NCBI RefSeq assembly: GCF_000283555.1
Contig: NC_016012.1
Location: 330,001 to 362,000, forward strand
Reading direction: 5' to 3'
DNA length: 32,000 nt
From: Candidatus Arthromitus sp. SFB-rat-Yit
GTDB taxonomy: Bacteria; Bacillota; Clostridia; Clostridiales; Clostridiaceae
Below the pieces are notes generated by a model, which was not told the origin of the DNA, did not search any database, and saw nothing but the letters and a program-made list of their open reading frames with translations. This document shows positions 18,776-27,147 of the stretch, one piece after another. Every line of letters starts with the position of its first letter. The first letter of the stretch is position 1. The position numbers and the translations under genes are program-made.

Positions 18776-19222
18776 ATGATAGTTTCGTATCCTGCAGTAT
18801 TTTATAAGCTTGAAGATGGGGCTTATAGTGTAGCATTTCCTGATTTTGGAGTTGCAACACATGGAGAAGATTTGGAAGATGCTACAAGAATGGCAATTGA
18901 ATGCTTAGCATCTCGAATAAAATGTCTTAAAGAATACGATGAAGAAATTCCAAAACCAACTTTAGATTTAAATTTAGTTGAGGTTGATGAGAAGGACGGA
19001 GAGGATGATTATATAGAAGCAACTAAGCAAATAATAACAGTTGATGTAGAAGAGTATGCTAGAAAGCATTTTGATAAATCAGTAAAGAAAAATTTAACTA
19101 TACCTAAGTGGATGAATGACTTAGCTTTAGAATTAAATATAAATTTTTCTAAGACGTTACAAGATGCTTTATTAGATGAGATTAATCGTAAAAGAAGAGA
19201 AATTGCGATTGATGAAGAATAG
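18776..19222 (+). CDS. HicB-family antitoxin-like protein with C-terminal RHH/HTH-like domain (orphan)
   Basis: 148 aa; SYPAVFYKLEDGAYSVAFPDFGVATHGEDLEDATRMAIECL is HicB-like; VKKNLTIPKWMNDLALELNINFSKTLQDALLDEI is RHH-like. Confidence 0.82.
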   Translation: MIVSYPAVFYKLEDGAYSVAFPDFGVATHGEDLEDATRMAIECLASRIKCLKEYDEEIPKPTLDLNLVEVDEKDGEDDYIEATKQIITVDVEEYARKHFDKSVKKNLTIPKWMNDLALELNINFSKTLQDALLDEINRKRREIAIDEE

Positions 19223-19276
19223 TATGTTGTTAAAAATGATAATAGATAATTTAATGGAATAAAAAAATTTGGGTGA

Positions 19277-19822
19277 GTGTATTTGGAAATAGAAGTTAAA
19301 ATTTTAGATATAGATATTTGTGATATTAGAAAAAAAATTTTGGAAAATAATGGAGTTCTTGTTAAAAAGGAAAATCAAATTAATAAGTTATTTGATTTTC
19401 TAGATAATAGACTTTTAAAAAATAATGGGTATGCTAGAATTAGAATTATTGAAGATATGATTACGGGTAATGATTTTTATTATATGGCAACTAAAATAAA
19501 GTTATCGAAAGATGATGATGCATATAAGGTCATGGATGAGCAGGAAGTTGTGATTAATAGTTCAGAAATTGGAGAAAACATATTTAAGGTATTGGGATTA
19601 TCCCTTAAAAATGAAATTAAAAAGTATAGAGAGAGTTATAAAATAGATAATGTTTTAATTGAAATTGATATAAATGATAAGGATTTCTACCCTAATCCAT
19701 ATATAGAAATAGAGGGAGATAATATCTCAGAAATAGAAGAAGTTGTGAAGAACTTGGGTTATAGAATGGAGGATACGACTTCAAAGAGTATTTTTGAGAT
19801 TATTAGAGAATCTAAAAAATAA
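19277..19822 (+). CDS. CYTH domain protein (triphosphate tunnel metalloenzyme; class IV adenylate cyclase/ThTPase-like)
   Basis: 181 aa, GTG start. N-terminal EIEVK (ExExK); RIRI, KIKL and IEIDINDKDFYPNPYIEIEG. Confidence 0.82.
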   Translation: MYLEIEVKILDIDICDIRKKILENNGVLVKKENQINKLFDFLDNRLLKNNGYARIRIIEDMITGNDFYYMATKIKLSKDDDAYKVMDEQEVVINSSEIGENIFKVLGLSLKNEIKKYRESYKIDNVLIEIDINDKDFYPNPYIEIEGDNISEIEEVVKNLGYRMEDTTSKSIFEIIRESKK

Positions 19823-19824
19823 AA

Positions 19825-19853
19825 TTGATTAAGAAAAAATATTTTTATATAAT
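19825..19853 (+). promoter_or_regulatory. Sigma-A-like promoter for the riboswitch/btu operon
   Basis: TTGATT - 17 nt - TATAAT, just upstream of the aptamer. Confidence 0.55.
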
Positions 19854-19877
19854 TATTTTGAGTAGAATATTTATATA

Positions 19878-20045
19878 GGTTAATCAAAAATTAGTTTTGA
19901 TTATTAAAAGGGAAATAGGTTAAATTCCTATACGGTCCCGCCGCCGTGATGTGTAGCGTTTATTTGTATACCACTGGATAATTTCTGGGAAGGTTAATAA
20001 ATGCGATGATACTAAGTCGGAATACCTGCCTATGTAATTGGCTTA
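19878..20045 (+). ncRNA. Cobalamin riboswitch aptamer
   Basis: Diagnostic elements in order: AAGGGAA-ATAGGTTAAATTCCTATACGGTCCCGCCGCCGTGAT, ATACCACTGG, CTGGGAAGG, and GCGATGATACTAAGTCGGAATACCTGCC (B12 box-like). Directly precedes a vitamin B12-type ABC operon. Confidence 0.93.
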
Positions 20046-20127
20046 TAGCTTTACGGAGTATGAGGTTATTTGCGTAGATTCATTATAGATTATTTTTTAT
20101 AGTGTATGTTTGCGTTTAAATAATATT

Positions 20128-20166
20128 GCCTTGTGGAGATATGGCCATGAGGCGTTTTTATTTTTT
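20128..20166 (+). terminator. Riboswitch expression-platform terminator
   Basis: GCCTTGTGG (20128-20136) / CCATGAGGC (20145-20153), 9 bp with two wobbles, followed by GTTTTTATTTTTT. Confidence 0.75.
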
Positions 20167-20182
20167 AAAAGGGGAGGATATT

Positions 20183-21055
20183 ATGAGATTTTTAAAAAAG
20201 ATTTTGTTATTTACGAGTTTTATATTTATATTTTTTTTATTTGTTTCCTGCAAGGTAAATATGAATGCAGACTTAAAACAAAATTTAGACATTAGAATTG
20301 TTTCATTAGCACCTTCAAATACAGAAATTTTAGTTGGATTAAATTTAGGAAATAATATTATTGGAATTGATCAGTATTCTAAGGGGATTAATGGATTGAA
20401 TGAAAATATTCAGGTATTTGAAATTGGTGATCCTAATATTGAGGCTATACTAAAACTTAATCCTACGCATTTGATATTATCAGGATATACATCAGAATTA
20501 TCTAGATATGTAGAACTTGAAAAAAGTGGAGTTAATGTTATAAATATAGATACTCCAATAAGTGTTCAAGGAATATATGATTCTATCAAGTTGATTGGTA
20601 AGAGTTTTAATAAAGATGATGAAAGTTATGAGATGATTAAATCACTTAAGAGTGATATTGAGAGTATTACAAAAGATAATAAAAATGAAAAAGTAAGTGT
20701 TTATTTTGAAATTTCAAAGGCTCCTTATCTATATAGTTTTGGAAGAAATACATATTTAAATGAAATTATTGAATTATCTGGTGGAAAAAATATATTTAAG
20801 GATTTAGAAGGATGGATTTCTCCGAACGAAGAATCTGTTATAAAAAATAATCCGCAAATAATTTTTACAAATGTAAATGATGAAAGTAATATTTATGAGA
20901 TAAAAAATAGAGTTGGATGGGAAAATGTAGATGCAGTTAAAAACAATAGGATTTATTACATTGATAAGAATATGTCTTCTAGAGCATCCCAATTTTTTAT
21001 AGGTGCTTTAAGGGAAATTGCGAAGTATATAAGAGATTACAGTAATGAAAAGTAA
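20183..21055 (+). CDS. btuF: Cobalamin/iron-siderophore-type ABC transporter substrate-binding lipoprotein
   Basis: ATG at 20183 follows GGGGAGG; lipoprotein signal LFTSFIFIFFLFVSC; RIVSLAPSNTEILVGLNLGNNIIGIDQYS...HLILSG. The track ORF start at 20126 lies before the terminator hairpin and is unlikely. Confidence 0.88.
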   Translation: MRFLKKILLFTSFIFIFFLFVSCKVNMNADLKQNLDIRIVSLAPSNTEILVGLNLGNNIIGIDQYSKGINGLNENIQVFEIGDPNIEAILKLNPTHLILSGYTSELSRYVELEKSGVNVINIDTPISVQGIYDSIKLIGKSFNKDDESYEMIKSLKSDIESITKDNKNEKVSVYFEISKAPYLYSFGRNTYLNEIIELSGGKNIFKDLEGWISPNEESVIKNNPQIIFTNVNDESNIYEIKNRVGWENVDAVKNNRIYYIDKNMSSRASQFFIGALREIAKYIRDYSNEK

Positions 21056-22064
21056 TATTTTAATTAGATTTATATTTGTCATTGTGATTTCATTTATAGC
21101 TGTTACCTTAGGATTAATAATTGGAGGTGGAGCTGATAACTTAGAAAATATTTTTAGGATAATTTTACATAAATTGTTTGGTATGAATTTGAAAGAAAGT
21201 ATTTCACCAACAGAAGTTAGCATTATCTGGAATATAAGGTTTCCAAGAGTATTATTAGCTTTTATGGTTGGAGGAATGTTATCTGTTAGTGGAGTTATTA
21301 TTCAGTCTGTGCTTAGAAATCCATTAGCATCCTCCTATACTATGGGAATATCTTCAGGTGCTTCCCTAGGAATTGGAATTTTTACAGTAGGGAATATTTC
21401 ATTTTTAGGGTATGATACATCTCCGATAGTTGGGTTTGTTTTCTCGGTTTTAAGTATATTATTTGTTATAAGTTTATGTAGAAAATTTGATAAGAGTATG
21501 TCAAATAATACAATAGTACTTGTTGGTATGGTAATGTCTTTATTTTTAAACTCAATTTTTATTCTTATAACATCTATTAGGCATGAGAGTTTATCATCTA
21601 TAATTGTTTGGCAACTTGGATCATTTTCTTCAAGAGGATGGGAATATATTTTTTCAATTATTCCATGTTTAATTATAGGAGTAATTTTAGCGATATTTTA
21701 TAGTAAAGAGCTTGATATTATAACTTTTGGAGATGATATGAGTAAATCTGTTGGAGTAAACGTATCTAGAATAAAAATAGTCATGTTAATACTTGTTTCC
21801 ATATTAACTGGAGCGAGTATTGCAGCTAGTGGAGTTATAGGTTTTATTGATTTAATTGTTCCACATATATCGAGGAAATTATTTGGATCAAAGCATATTG
21901 TAGTTATATTATCTAGCTTATTTATTGGTGGGATTTTGATGGTGCTTTTTGATATTATATCTAGAACTATAATTTATCCGGCAGAAATTCCCATAGCTAC
22001 GATTAATGCACTAATAGGTACGCCTATATTTTGTTATATTTTCTTTAGGGAATATAGGAGGTAA
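21045..22064 (+). CDS. btuC: FecCD-family ABC transporter permease (BtuC-like)
   Basis: 339 aa; IRFPRVLLAFMVGGMLSVSGVIIQSVLRNPLASSYTMGISSGASLG; overlaps btuF by 11 nt. Confidence 0.9.
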   Translation: MKSNILIRFIFVIVISFIAVTLGLIIGGGADNLENIFRIILHKLFGMNLKESISPTEVSIIWNIRFPRVLLAFMVGGMLSVSGVIIQSVLRNPLASSYTMGISSGASLGIGIFTVGNISFLGYDTSPIVGFVFSVLSILFVISLCRKFDKSMSNNTIVLVGMVMSLFLNSIFILITSIRHESLSSIIVWQLGSFSSRGWEYIFSIIPCLIIGVILAIFYSKELDIITFGDDMSKSVGVNVSRIKIVMLILVSILTGASIAASGVIGFIDLIVPHISRKLFGSKHIVVILSSLFIGGILMVLFDIISRTIIYPAEIPIATINALIGTPIFCYIFFREYRR

Positions 22065-22069
22065 TAAAA

Positions 22070-22825
22070 ATTTTAGAAGTTTCAAATTTAAGTTATTCTT
22101 ATGATAAAGATTTTAAAATATTAGATAATATTAGTTTTTCTCTTAAAAGTGGAGAACATTTGAGCATAATAGGATTAAATGGATGTGGTAAATCGACATT
22201 ATTAAAATGCATATGTAATTTTTTGAATTATGAAGGAAGTATAAAAATTAATGAGTTAGAAGTTAAAAAATTTAAAAATAGAGAGCTTTCAAAAAATGTT
22301 ACTATTTTATTCCAACAAACCGATATGTATTTTGATTATAAAGTTTTGGATGTTGTAAAGTTCGGGAGATATAGTAATTATAAAAAATGGAAATTTGTGC
22401 GAGAATATGATGAAGATTTAGACATCATATTAAAAAATATGGGAATATATCATTTGAAAAATAGATTTATGAGCGAGCTATCCGGCGGAGAGAAGCAGAG
22501 AGTTTTTATATCTAGGATTTTATACCAAGACCCATACATAATTTTATTAGATGAATTTAATAACAATATGGATTTGAAAACTCAAATTTATATTATAGAA
22601 AATTTTAAAGAAATTTTTAAAGACAAGATAATTTTATCAGTTTTTCATGATTTAAACATAGTAAGGAATTTAAATACTTTGGTAATGGTACTTAAAGATT
22701 GTAAAGTTTATAAATATGGAGATGTTGATAACATATTTAATAAAAATGTATTAAAGAGTGTATATGGAGTAGATGTTGAAAAATTTATGATAGACTCCCT
22801 TAATAAATGGAATAAAAATATATAG
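22070..22825 (+). CDS. btuD: ABC transporter ATP-binding protein (BtuD-like), probable non-canonical AUU (22070) or AUA (22064) start
   Basis: Walker A IIGLNGCGKST, signature LSGGEKQRVFISR, Walker B IILLDEFN. The same open frame extends upstream as ILEVSNLSYSYDKDFKILDNISFSLKSGEHLS, the normal ABC N-terminus, with AGGAGG at 22056-22061. The first canonical start in frame (TTG 22160) would delete it. Confidence 0.82.
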   Translation: MLEVSNLSYSYDKDFKILDNISFSLKSGEHLSIIGLNGCGKSTLLKCICNFLNYEGSIKINELEVKKFKNRELSKNVTILFQQTDMYFDYKVLDVVKFGRYSNYKKWKFVREYDEDLDIILKNMGIYHLKNRFMSELSGGEKQRVFISRILYQDPYIILLDEFNNNMDLKTQIYIIENFKEIFKDKIILSVFHDLNIVRNLNTLVMVLKDCKVYKYGDVDNIFNKNVLKSVYGVDVEKFMIDSLNKWNKNI

Positions 22826-22850
22826 TTTTAATTAACGAAGGAGGTAATTA

Positions 22851-23495
22851 ATGGTGATAGTTGTTGGTGGTATGATTGGTCTTGGTAAGACAAGCGTTTC
22901 AGAAATCATAGCAAAAGAATTAAATTCTAAGGTATTTTATGAAAGCGTGGATGATAATCCTATTTTACCACTTTTTTATAGTTCAACAGATGAGGAGATA
23001 AAATTAAATAGATATCCATTTTTGTTACAATTATTTTTTTTAAATAAGAGGTTTAAATCTATAAAAGAAGCACTTATTGGTGAAAATAATGTATTAGATA
23101 GAAGTATATATGAAGATTGGTATTTTTGTAAGAAAAATATGGAACTTGGAAGAATTTCAGAACTTGAAATGAGTGTGTATGAATCTTTATTAAATAATAT
23201 GATGGAGGAACTTAAAGAACTTCCAAAGAAGAGTCCAGATTTATTTATATATTTAAAGGGAGGTTTTGATACAGTTATAAACAGGATAAACAAAAGAGGT
23301 AGAACTTATGAGCTTGATGAAAAACTTGTAGATTATTATAGATATATTTGGGAAGGGTACGATGATTGGATGTATAATATATATAAAAGTTCTCCAGTTT
23401 TAACTATTGATATGGACAAACTAGATGTTGTAAGTAGTGTTGAAGATAGAAATTATTTAATAAGTGCCGTTAAAGAAAAATTAGAATTAGTTTAG
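22851..23495 (+). CDS. Deoxynucleoside kinase (dAdo/dGuo kinase family)
   Basis: 214 aa; VVGGMIGLGKTSVSEIIAKEL, FYESVDDNPILPLFY, LDRSIYEDWYF and INKRGRTYE. Confidence 0.9.
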   Translation: MVIVVGGMIGLGKTSVSEIIAKELNSKVFYESVDDNPILPLFYSSTDEEIKLNRYPFLLQLFFLNKRFKSIKEALIGENNVLDRSIYEDWYFCKKNMELGRISELEMSVYESLLNNMMEELKELPKKSPDLFIYLKGGFDTVINRINKRGRTYELDEKLVDYYRYIWEGYDDWMYNIYKSSPVLTIDMDKLDVVSSVEDRNYLISAVKEKLELV

Positions 23496-23615
23496 TATTT
23501 TTTTATATATTATCAAAATGATGATGAAATTGTTTTTGTATATGGACGTTTTAGATAAGATATTTTATAATGTTGTAACAACACTTATATATTTTGATTT
23601 TAGGAGGGAATTATA

Positions 23616-24317
23616 ATGAATACTCCTCATATTAACACTGGTGGGAATAAGATTGCAGAGAGTATATTATTACCTGGAGATCCGCTTAGATGTAAGTTTA
23701 TTGCAGAAAATTATTTGACTGATGTAGTACAATTTAATTCTGTAAGAAACATGCTTGGTTTTACAGGGAAGTATAAAGGTAAGGAAGTTTCAGTAATGGG
23801 GACAGGAATGGGAATGCCTAGTATAGGTATATATTCCTATGAACTTATAACTAAATTTGAAGTAAAGAATTTAATTAGAATTGGTAGTTGTGGAGCGATA
23901 CAAGAGAACTTAAAATTATATGATATAGTTATAGGGCAAGGAGCATCAACTAATTCAAATTTTGCATCTCAATATGGACTTCCAGGAACATTTGCACCTA
24001 TAGCATCTTATGAATTGTTATTTAAGGCTGTTGAATCTGCAAATAAGCTAGGTATCCATGTAAATATAGGGAATATACTTTCATCAGATATTTTTTATGA
24101 TGATAATAAAGATTCATATTTATTATGGAAAAAGATGGGAGTATTAGCTATTGAGATGGAAGCAGCAGCATTATATATGAATGCGGCAAGACTTGGAGCC
24201 AAAGCACTTTGTATATTAACAGTAAGTGATAGTATAGTAAATCATGAGGAAACTACAGCTGAAGAAAGGCAAACTGCATTTCATAAAATGATGGAGATTT
24301 CTTTAGATATGATATAG
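23616..24317 (+). CDS. deoD: Purine-nucleoside phosphorylase, DeoD type
   Basis: 233 aa; MNTPHINTGGNKIAESILLPGDPLRCKFIAENYL, RIGSCGAIQE, VLAIEMEAAALYMNAARLGAKALCILTVSD. Confidence 0.96.
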   Translation: MNTPHINTGGNKIAESILLPGDPLRCKFIAENYLTDVVQFNSVRNMLGFTGKYKGKEVSVMGTGMGMPSIGIYSYELITKFEVKNLIRIGSCGAIQENLKLYDIVIGQGASTNSNFASQYGLPGTFAPIASYELLFKAVESANKLGIHVNIGNILSSDIFYDDNKDSYLLWKKMGVLAIEMEAAALYMNAARLGAKALCILTVSDSIVNHEETTAEERQTAFHKMMEISLDMI

Positions 24318-24356
24318 CATTTTGTTATCAATATTAAAATACATAAATATTTTTAT

Positions 24357-24390
24357 AGATCCCTATTTTTTAATAGAGGATCTGTTTTTT
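24357..24390 (+). terminator. Intrinsic terminator after deoD
   Basis: AGATCC-CTATT / AATAG-A-GGATCT imperfect stem (one bulged A), followed by GTTTTTT. Confidence 0.65.
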
Positions 24391-24606
24391 ATATTTGTTA
24401 TAGCTAATATAAAATATAGTGTAATAACTGGTATGACAAAATATATTAAGGAAATGAGTAATCTGATTTTATCAATAACTTTATTTTTCAAATTATATAG
24501 ATGGTAATGAAATATATCATATTTTTAATTATATCTCAATAATAATTGATGTGTGCATTTTTATATAAAGAGAATATATAAGCAATAAATAGGAGCTAAA
24601 TAGTTA

Positions 24607-26967
24607 GTGTTATATTTATGTAGTTTAATAATTGCTAATATATATATATATATATTCTTATATATTTTTAGATTTAAAGTATTGGATTTTATAAAAAAGT
24701 TTATATTTAGATTAGTACCAGAATTATTTGTAGTAATTTATATAAGTTTTTTTATGATAAGTATAATTAATTCTAAAATAATTAATTCTTTAAGTAAAAC
24801 CCAAATATATAATGTTGCTAATCAAATAAATAATATATTCTTTCATAAATTTTATGATTTAACATTGTTTGATTTTATCGTAATATTATTATGTATTTAT
24901 TTAATTTTTATTATTATTATGACTTGTTTTAAAAAGGGTTATATAAATAAGCTTAGGTATTTGAAATGTACAATAGTGTATAAATATTTTACTGAAATAA
25001 AGGTTGTAGTTATAATATTCTATATTGTTTATCTTGTGCTATTATATATATCAAGAGAATATTTTATATATGATTTTAGTCATTATATGGGAATATTTAC
25101 GATATTTAATATATACTTTACTTTGGATTTATTTCTAATGATGATTGAGCTTGAGTTTTTGTTATTACCAGATTTATTTGAAAATAAAGTAAGCAAATTC
25201 AGTAAGAAAAGTTTTATTAAAGATGATAATTATATTATATATGATTTTAATATGATGTTTGACGAGAAGAAACATTTATTTGTAGAATTGTGTAATTATT
25301 TAAAATATTATCATAAAGAGCCATTAACTATATGTATAGATGGTGAATCAGGGGTTGGTAAAAGTACTTTTTCATGTGTATTGCAGAAAGAATTAAATAG
25401 GAATTATTACGTATTTAATATTAATAGTCTTATATTTACAGAGAATAATAAATTAAACGATTATTTTAATTATGTAATAGAAAATTTATTTAAGGCATAT
25501 GGGATATATAATTCTAAATCTCTGAAAAATTATATGAATATAATAAATTATGTCATGAATGATAAAGTGTCAAATTTGGTTAATTATTTTATGAACGATA
25601 AAATTCAAAAAAATTATTTTGAAATCAAAGATGAAATAAATAGCTGTATAGTTAAGATATTTGGAAATAAATCTAAATCAAAGATGAAAAAAGGAATTAT
25701 ATTTATAATAGATGATTTAGAGAGGATTTATAACGATTCTCAAATAGTAAATATATTAATTTTTTCCCAATATATATTGGGATTTGATTATATAAAATTT
25801 ATTTTAGTAACAAACTTAGAAATATTGAAAAATAAGATAGATAACCAGTATTTGGATATGTTTATACACAAAATATTTAAGATAGATAGTACAAGTACCA
25901 ATGATATATTATCCAAATATTTTGGAGAATTAAATAAAATTAAGATACATGATAATGATAATTTAGATATATCTGTTTGGTTAACACATTTATTTGATAT
26001 AGAATTTGATAAATATATTAAAGAGTTCGGAGTATATCTTTATAATAATGTGAATTTAGAATATTATATATTGAAAAAGAAATGGATAGAGTATAAGCGA
26101 ATATTATTAGAAGATTTGAAAAATAGAGGATTATTAGATAGTAATAATAACATTACATTTAATTTTAAGAATTCTGGATATGAAATGATAAGTGAATATT
26201 ATAATTATATATATATTAAAAAGTATTTTTTAGGTGATAATAGAGAGATAATTTTAGATAATATATATAATTTAATAAAAGATGAATGTATTAATATGAA
26301 TTTATACGATGACGAACAAGTTATAGCCATATGGATATATATGGAAAAAAATAATCAATTATCGAGTTTTCTTAAATTCAATATAAATCATTATCGAGTT
26401 TATAAAAATTTAACTTTATATAAAAATAATATGAATAAAGTAAATTATTTAATAGATTTGAAATTAGATAATAGTCCTAGAAATTTGAAAAGGCAAGTTT
26501 CATTTTTCTTATATAGTTTTGAAAAATTAGATAAGTATTTATGTGAATTTAAAGATAATAAAAATTTTTGTTATATTTTAGATATAGTTAACCAAAGAGA
26601 TTTTATATTATTTTTTATGGTAATATGTTTTTTTAGGGTATCGAATTTTATAGTTTATGATTCTTATGATAATAGCCGTAAATCTGATACTATAAATATT
26701 TTGAGTATATATAGATTTATTATATCAAATTATGAAATTCTTAAGGGGTATTCTGTAAAAGGTATTACATCATTTGTATATGATAATATAGATAAAATAG
26801 ATATAGATAAGTATATAAATTTAAAGGGGTTTGATAAAGATATAAATTATATATATTTATGTTTTTATATACAAACCTATATATATAAGAAATTAATATT
26901 AGAAGATGTTAATGAAGAGTGTTTTGAAATATTAGTTAAGTTTATATGTAATTTAATAAGTGTTTAA
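24607..26967 (+). CDS. Membrane-anchored KAP-like P-loop NTPase of unknown function
   Basis: 786 aa, GTG start, AGGAG upstream. About five predicted hydrophobic segments in residues 1-190, then Walker A CIDGESGVGKSTF, Walker B KGIIFIIDDLERI and FILVTNLEILK, then a long helical C-terminus. Confidence 0.7.
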   Translation: MLYLCSLIIANIYIYIFLYIFRFKVLDFIKKFIFRLVPELFVVIYISFFMISIINSKIINSLSKTQIYNVANQINNIFFHKFYDLTLFDFIVILLCIYLIFIIIMTCFKKGYINKLRYLKCTIVYKYFTEIKVVVIIFYIVYLVLLYISREYFIYDFSHYMGIFTIFNIYFTLDLFLMMIELEFLLLPDLFENKVSKFSKKSFIKDDNYIIYDFNMMFDEKKHLFVELCNYLKYYHKEPLTICIDGESGVGKSTFSCVLQKELNRNYYVFNINSLIFTENNKLNDYFNYVIENLFKAYGIYNSKSLKNYMNIINYVMNDKVSNLVNYFMNDKIQKNYFEIKDEINSCIVKIFGNKSKSKMKKGIIFIIDDLERIYNDSQIVNILIFSQYILGFDYIKFILVTNLEILKNKIDNQYLDMFIHKIFKIDSTSTNDILSKYFGELNKIKIHDNDNLDISVWLTHLFDIEFDKYIKEFGVYLYNNVNLEYYILKKKWIEYKRILLEDLKNRGLLDSNNNITFNFKNSGYEMISEYYNYIYIKKYFLGDNREIILDNIYNLIKDECINMNLYDDEQVIAIWIYMEKNNQLSSFLKFNINHYRVYKNLTLYKNNMNKVNYLIDLKLDNSPRNLKRQVSFFLYSFEKLDKYLCEFKDNKNFCYILDIVNQRDFILFFMVICFFRVSNFIVYDSYDNSRKSDTINILSIYRFIISNYEILKGYSVKGITSFVYDNIDKIDIDKYINLKGFDKDINYIYLCFYIQTYIYKKLILEDVNEECFEILVKFICNLISV

Positions 26968-27002
26968 AAATAAGGTAACTATATAAATTAGTTACCTTAT
27001 TT
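26968..27002. terminator. Perfect inverted repeat downstream of the KAP-like gene (possible weak terminator)
   Basis: AATAAGGTAACT / AGTTACCTTATT 12-bp perfect stem, 9-nt loop; the T tract is poor (TTATATAT). Confidence 0.45.
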
Positions 27003-27147
27003 ATATATAATTTAAATTTTGTATTAAATTGTTAAATTATTTTTTTAAAAATTAATAAGTAGTGATGTTAAATTAGTATATAAATTCATTGATTTTCACA
27101 AAATATGTTATGAGCTTTTTAATTTTGTGGGAGAAGTATTGATTATT

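Noticed and set aside
18517-19276. Search for a HicA toxin next to HicB
   Set aside because: No ORF of suitable size or motif on either strand in the gaps; treated as orphan.
20110-20295. 61-aa ORF overlapping the riboswitch terminator, and the 5' extension of btuF from 20126
   Set aside because: Both run through the terminator hairpin; the ATG at 20183 with GGGGAGG gives a proper lipoprotein signal.
24322-24507. 61-aa ORF after deoD
   Set aside because: Contains the deoD terminator hairpin within its sequence; non-ATG start; no RBS or homology signal.
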